NCBI RefSeq assembly: GCF_009914755.1
Contig: NC_060926.1
DNA: 64,000 bases
DNA from: the human T2T-CHM13v2.0 reference genome, Homo sapiens
Strand: one strand, 5' to 3'
In this document: in pieces, positions 59,990 through 64,000 of the stretch
How the letters are laid out: each line of letters begins with the position of its first letter
Numbering within the stretch: the first letter of the stretch is position 1
Notes under the pieces: model-generated
What the model was told of the DNA's origin: nothing
The model's database searches: none
Seen by the model: only the letters and a program-made list of their open reading frames with translations
Position numbers and translations under genes: made by a program

Positions 59990-61625
59990 ATCTTCTTTCA
60001 TTCTTGTCCCAGTGAAATACCTCCTGGATCCAATCTCCATCCATCTCCTCAGAGATTTGCCTCTACTATTATTATTATTTCCTCCCTCTCTTCTACATCT
60101 TTAAAACTTTTCGTTTCTTGTATTGGCTTTTTCTTAGATGTATTAAGACATGATCAAATCTCTCCCATATTACACAACAAACAAAAAGCATCATTCCCAA
60201 AACTCAGCCTATAGGTATTTCTTTCCAGGTACTTTCCTATCTTTCATCTTAATGTTTACAGTAAGTGCCTCCTAAGCTTTGCCTGCACTTGCTGTCTCCT
60301 CCTTCCTACCTCCTACATTCTCCTCCTTCATCTTGACAATCTGGATTCCACTCCTACCACTCCACTGAAACTTGCCAAGGTCACTGAGACTTCCACTTTG
60401 GCCTATCCAATAAGTACTTCTCAAGTCAGATATCATCATAGCAAAATCAATTTACCCCACCCTGTTGATATCCTCTTTTTCCTTGGCTTCTGTAACACTG
60501 CTCTCTCTGTGGGGTTCCCTCCCATCTCTCTAGCTAATTTCCAGGCTCTTGTAATGACACATCCTCTTCTGCCCTGTTAGAGGGGCTTTGCTGGCTGTCC
60601 TCTCTTCCTTGTTGCCCCTGCTCTCTGTAGAACGTCATCAGCAGCCCAGCAAACATTCATTATCTGGGGGCTGACATAATGCCAAACTTCTGTCTCCAGT
60701 CCAAAATTTCCTGGTTTGGAGTCCACGTACTCATCTGTTCTTAGACAACTCCACTTGGATATCTCTCAGGAACCCCGATCTTGATATATCCAAAGCTAAA
60801 CTCAAGATCTTTCTCCAAAACCTCATATTAGTCAATGGTCCCACCATTTACCTAGCTGCCTCAGCCAGACACCTGGGGGCCACCATTGACTGCCTCCTCA
60901 CCCTACCTTTAACTCCGATCTCTCATGAGCACTTTGAGTAATATTCTGCTTTCTGTAGTGTCCAATGCTCTCTACCTTTCTTTATTTCCTGCAACTCTCT
61001 CCTTACTTGTCTCCCTGGCTATCTTGCCCTGCTCCACCCAAATCTGCTACTGAAATGCAAATCTGACCATGTGTGTCACTCTCCCACTTGAAACCTTATG
61101 GTGATTATTACCATGTGGGTCAGACTCATGATCATGGCTTATGAGGCTGTCTTCTGGTCACTTCTTTCCCTCACTCTCTGGGGGAGCGCAGGCCTGAGAT
61201 GCAAGCCTTCCTACAAAGCTCAAATCCCATCTCCTCTTCCCCACCCCACCAACCTGGATGACTCTACTTGCTTCTGAAAGCTGAGATGTCACTGGCCTCT
61301 AACAAGTCTCTCTACACCCACCTGTCTGAATGAGGAGCCACTCCCATGTCCCAACTCTCCCTCGTGTCTCAGAGCACTGAGCTGAATTCACATCATTTCT
61401 TTAAGCATCTGTATCCCTGTTAAACTGTCAGCTCCATGACATGTCCCAACTCTCCCTCGTGTCTCAGAGCACTGAGCTGAATTCACATCATTTCTTTAAG
61501 CATCTGTATCCCTGTTAAACTGTCAGCTCCATGAGGGCAGACCTTGTGTCTGACTTGTTCCCCATTTGTATATGCTCCCTGAATATTTGTGGAGTGACAA
61601 GAATAACAGGATGAATGAACAATTA
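59990..61625 (+). mobile_element. L2 LINE (3' portion)
   Basis: taccactccactgaaacttgccaaggtcac, ccttggcttctgtaacac, atctccacttggat-like, ctgtcagctccatgagggcag, aatatttgt..atgaatgaa. Confidence 0.8.
61345..61534. repeat. Perfect 95-bp tandem duplication (61345-61439, 61440-61534)
   Basis: catgtcccaactctccc...ctgtcagctccatga repeated verbatim. Confidence 0.95.
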
Positions 61626-61729
61626 TGGATATGTCAAGTGTGCTCCCTTGCACCGCCAGACGACCTCTCCCTCTGGCTCCTTCGGACTTCTCTCTTTCTG
61701 TGCCCCATTTCCAGCCCAGCACCTTCTAC

Positions 61730-61935
61730 AGTCCACGTGCATTTTCTGCCCACCTTTGCATACATAATCTCATTAAATTTCATTTTATCCTTACACATGA
61801 CACATATGGGGTGGCATTTTTATTTCCATTGCAGAGATAAAGTTTAGTGAGGTGAAGTAAACTGCCAGAGGTCACGTGGCTGAGAAGCTAGCATTCAAAT
61901 GTTTTGTTCTTTGGTGTCCGTGCTTCTTCTACCAC
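61730..61935 (-). mobile_element. MIR
   Basis: ctttgcatacataatctcatt...gaggtgaagtaaactgccagaggtcac. Confidence 0.6.
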
Positions 61936-62560
61936 AAGAATCTTGTATGAACATTTTATAGAGGCGTTTCATTTACAGTATTGTTTTGATGTTCATGTAA
62001 ATGTGTTTGTATGTTGCTAAGAAGAGTGTTGAGACATGGTCCAGGTCTTTTTTTAACTCATAGGTTCTTAGGAAATAGTTGTAGGTGGATTGGCTGATAA
62101 TTCCAATTTAGAGCTGGGTGCAGTTTCTGGGTGGGAAGGGCGGGAAAGACGAGTGTTCTTCAGGGCTGATTTCAGGACTCCTCTCTTCCTCTCTGCTAGA
62201 GGACAAGTTCATCTTTAACTTCAAACTCTATTTCTGGCACAAATGGGAGCACAGAAATGTTAATTCTCTTCCTTCTGCCCCTCAATAACTTTTCTGAAAT
62301 CTCTCTAAGAACCCTTCCTGGCACCTGATTTCATGGAGTTTGCACGGCCTTGACGCCTAGCTTCCAACTTTGTGTTTCTGAATGTTCTATCATGATTAGG
62401 TGCTTCATAAATGGAGCCCTAGGGATGTTAAACACAGCAAGTGGTAGCCCTGTCAGCATCCCAGGGATCTTGGGAGAAACTCTCCTTGTATTTAGATTCT
62501 ACAAGGTCCCCTTGAGAAATTTGACACTATTCTGTCATCACTGTCTTTTAAGAAAAGGTT

Positions 62561-62885
<325 letters not shown>

Positions 62886-64000
62886 TCACCAAATAAGTAT
62901 ATGTTTTTGAAAACTAGTGGTAGGCTTTGCATGAGCAATGAAGAATACAGATCACAAAGAGACAATTACAATAACTGGAGAAATTCTGGGGGCGAGGTGT
63001 TAGGAAAGGCTGTCTGGAAGAAGTGCTGAGCTCACCGAGGGCTCAAAGATAAGGAGGTACTCTGTGGGGGCAGTGTGGGTGGCACCATGGCAGGCACTGG
63101 AAAGGGGTGCACGAGAAAACCAAGCCTTGGTCTCTGCCTTTCAGAAACTCAAAATTAAGTTAAAAGGCAAAGTTAAGTCAAAATTGAATTAAAAACCACG
63201 TCCTATGACATGGTTAAGAAACAATGTCAAGTGTTCGCTATTCAGTGTCCAAATGGATGAAATAGATTTTAAAAGCTAAAGAATTCCCACAGTGTTCAGG
63301 ATGAGGGTCTCATCATCTAAAAGCTTCCCTTTTAAATATATTTATTCCTCCTCCTGAGGAAGTGAGTTCCCCATTACTAGAGGTATTCAAGCAGGTCTGG
63401 AGGGCCACTTATTAATAAGGTTGGGTGGTCAGGAGAGCAGGCAGAATCATAAACAAGACAGAACAGTGTTTCCTAAGTTGGTAGTTTTTTTTTCCTAAAA
63501 TTTCTATATGAACTTCAATGGCCAAATACCTTTCTCACGATTGTTGCTATGCCATAACTCCAACGGTGTTGTTATTTATACACTGTTTTAATTAAATAGA
63601 TATATTTAAAAGGGAAGCTGGTGCAGATCTATGTCTATGATATAACCTCTAATATTTAAGTGAAAATAGTAAGTTGTAAAAAAGTGTGATGGATCCCATC
63701 ATTTGTGTGAAAAGTTGCATTTATATTCATATATACTTGTTAGTGAATGAACTATTGCTAGAAAGTACAAAACAAGCTGATAACATTGGTTGCCACTGGG
63801 GCGGGATGCTGACAGACTAGGGCACATACATGTTATTTATTGAAAAAATAGAATGAAAATCATTTAAAAAATCAGTATCAATTCCACACCTATTTTGTAA
63901 ATTTGCATGTATGCCATATGTCCCGAAAAGAAGGCTTGAGTAGTAAACACCTGCCTTTCTTTATTTTCCTGTATTCTCCAAAATTTCTACAGGGAACATG

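Overview
Repeat-rich, apparently non-coding human genomic DNA (intron or intergenic). It contains a human-specific AluYa5, but I cannot name the locus. No host protein-coding exon, RNA gene or CRISPR array is supported; nearly all ORF-track entries are chance or TE-derived. Main contents: a full-length but disabled L1PA2-like LINE-1 (26281-32302, minus strand, with TSD), a full THE1 MaLR element, about 16 Alus, a nested L1/LTR/Alu pile at 44-57 kb, and many MIR/L2/MLT/MER fossils. The most unusual signal is two locally templated inverted duplications within about 4.3 kb. One is a ~355-bp, ~95% identical inverted copy (19823-20179 vs 20818-21172) whose left arm alone is flanked by a 15-bp direct repeat. 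The other is an older two-template inverted insertion (16951-17191). There are also several short tandem duplications and a frameshift-extended L1 ORF0. These read as repair or retrotransposition scars with possible dsRNA consequences; I do not see evidence for a new gene system. Repeat subfamily names are from recalled consensus sequences, not a database search, and old-repeat boundaries are approximate.
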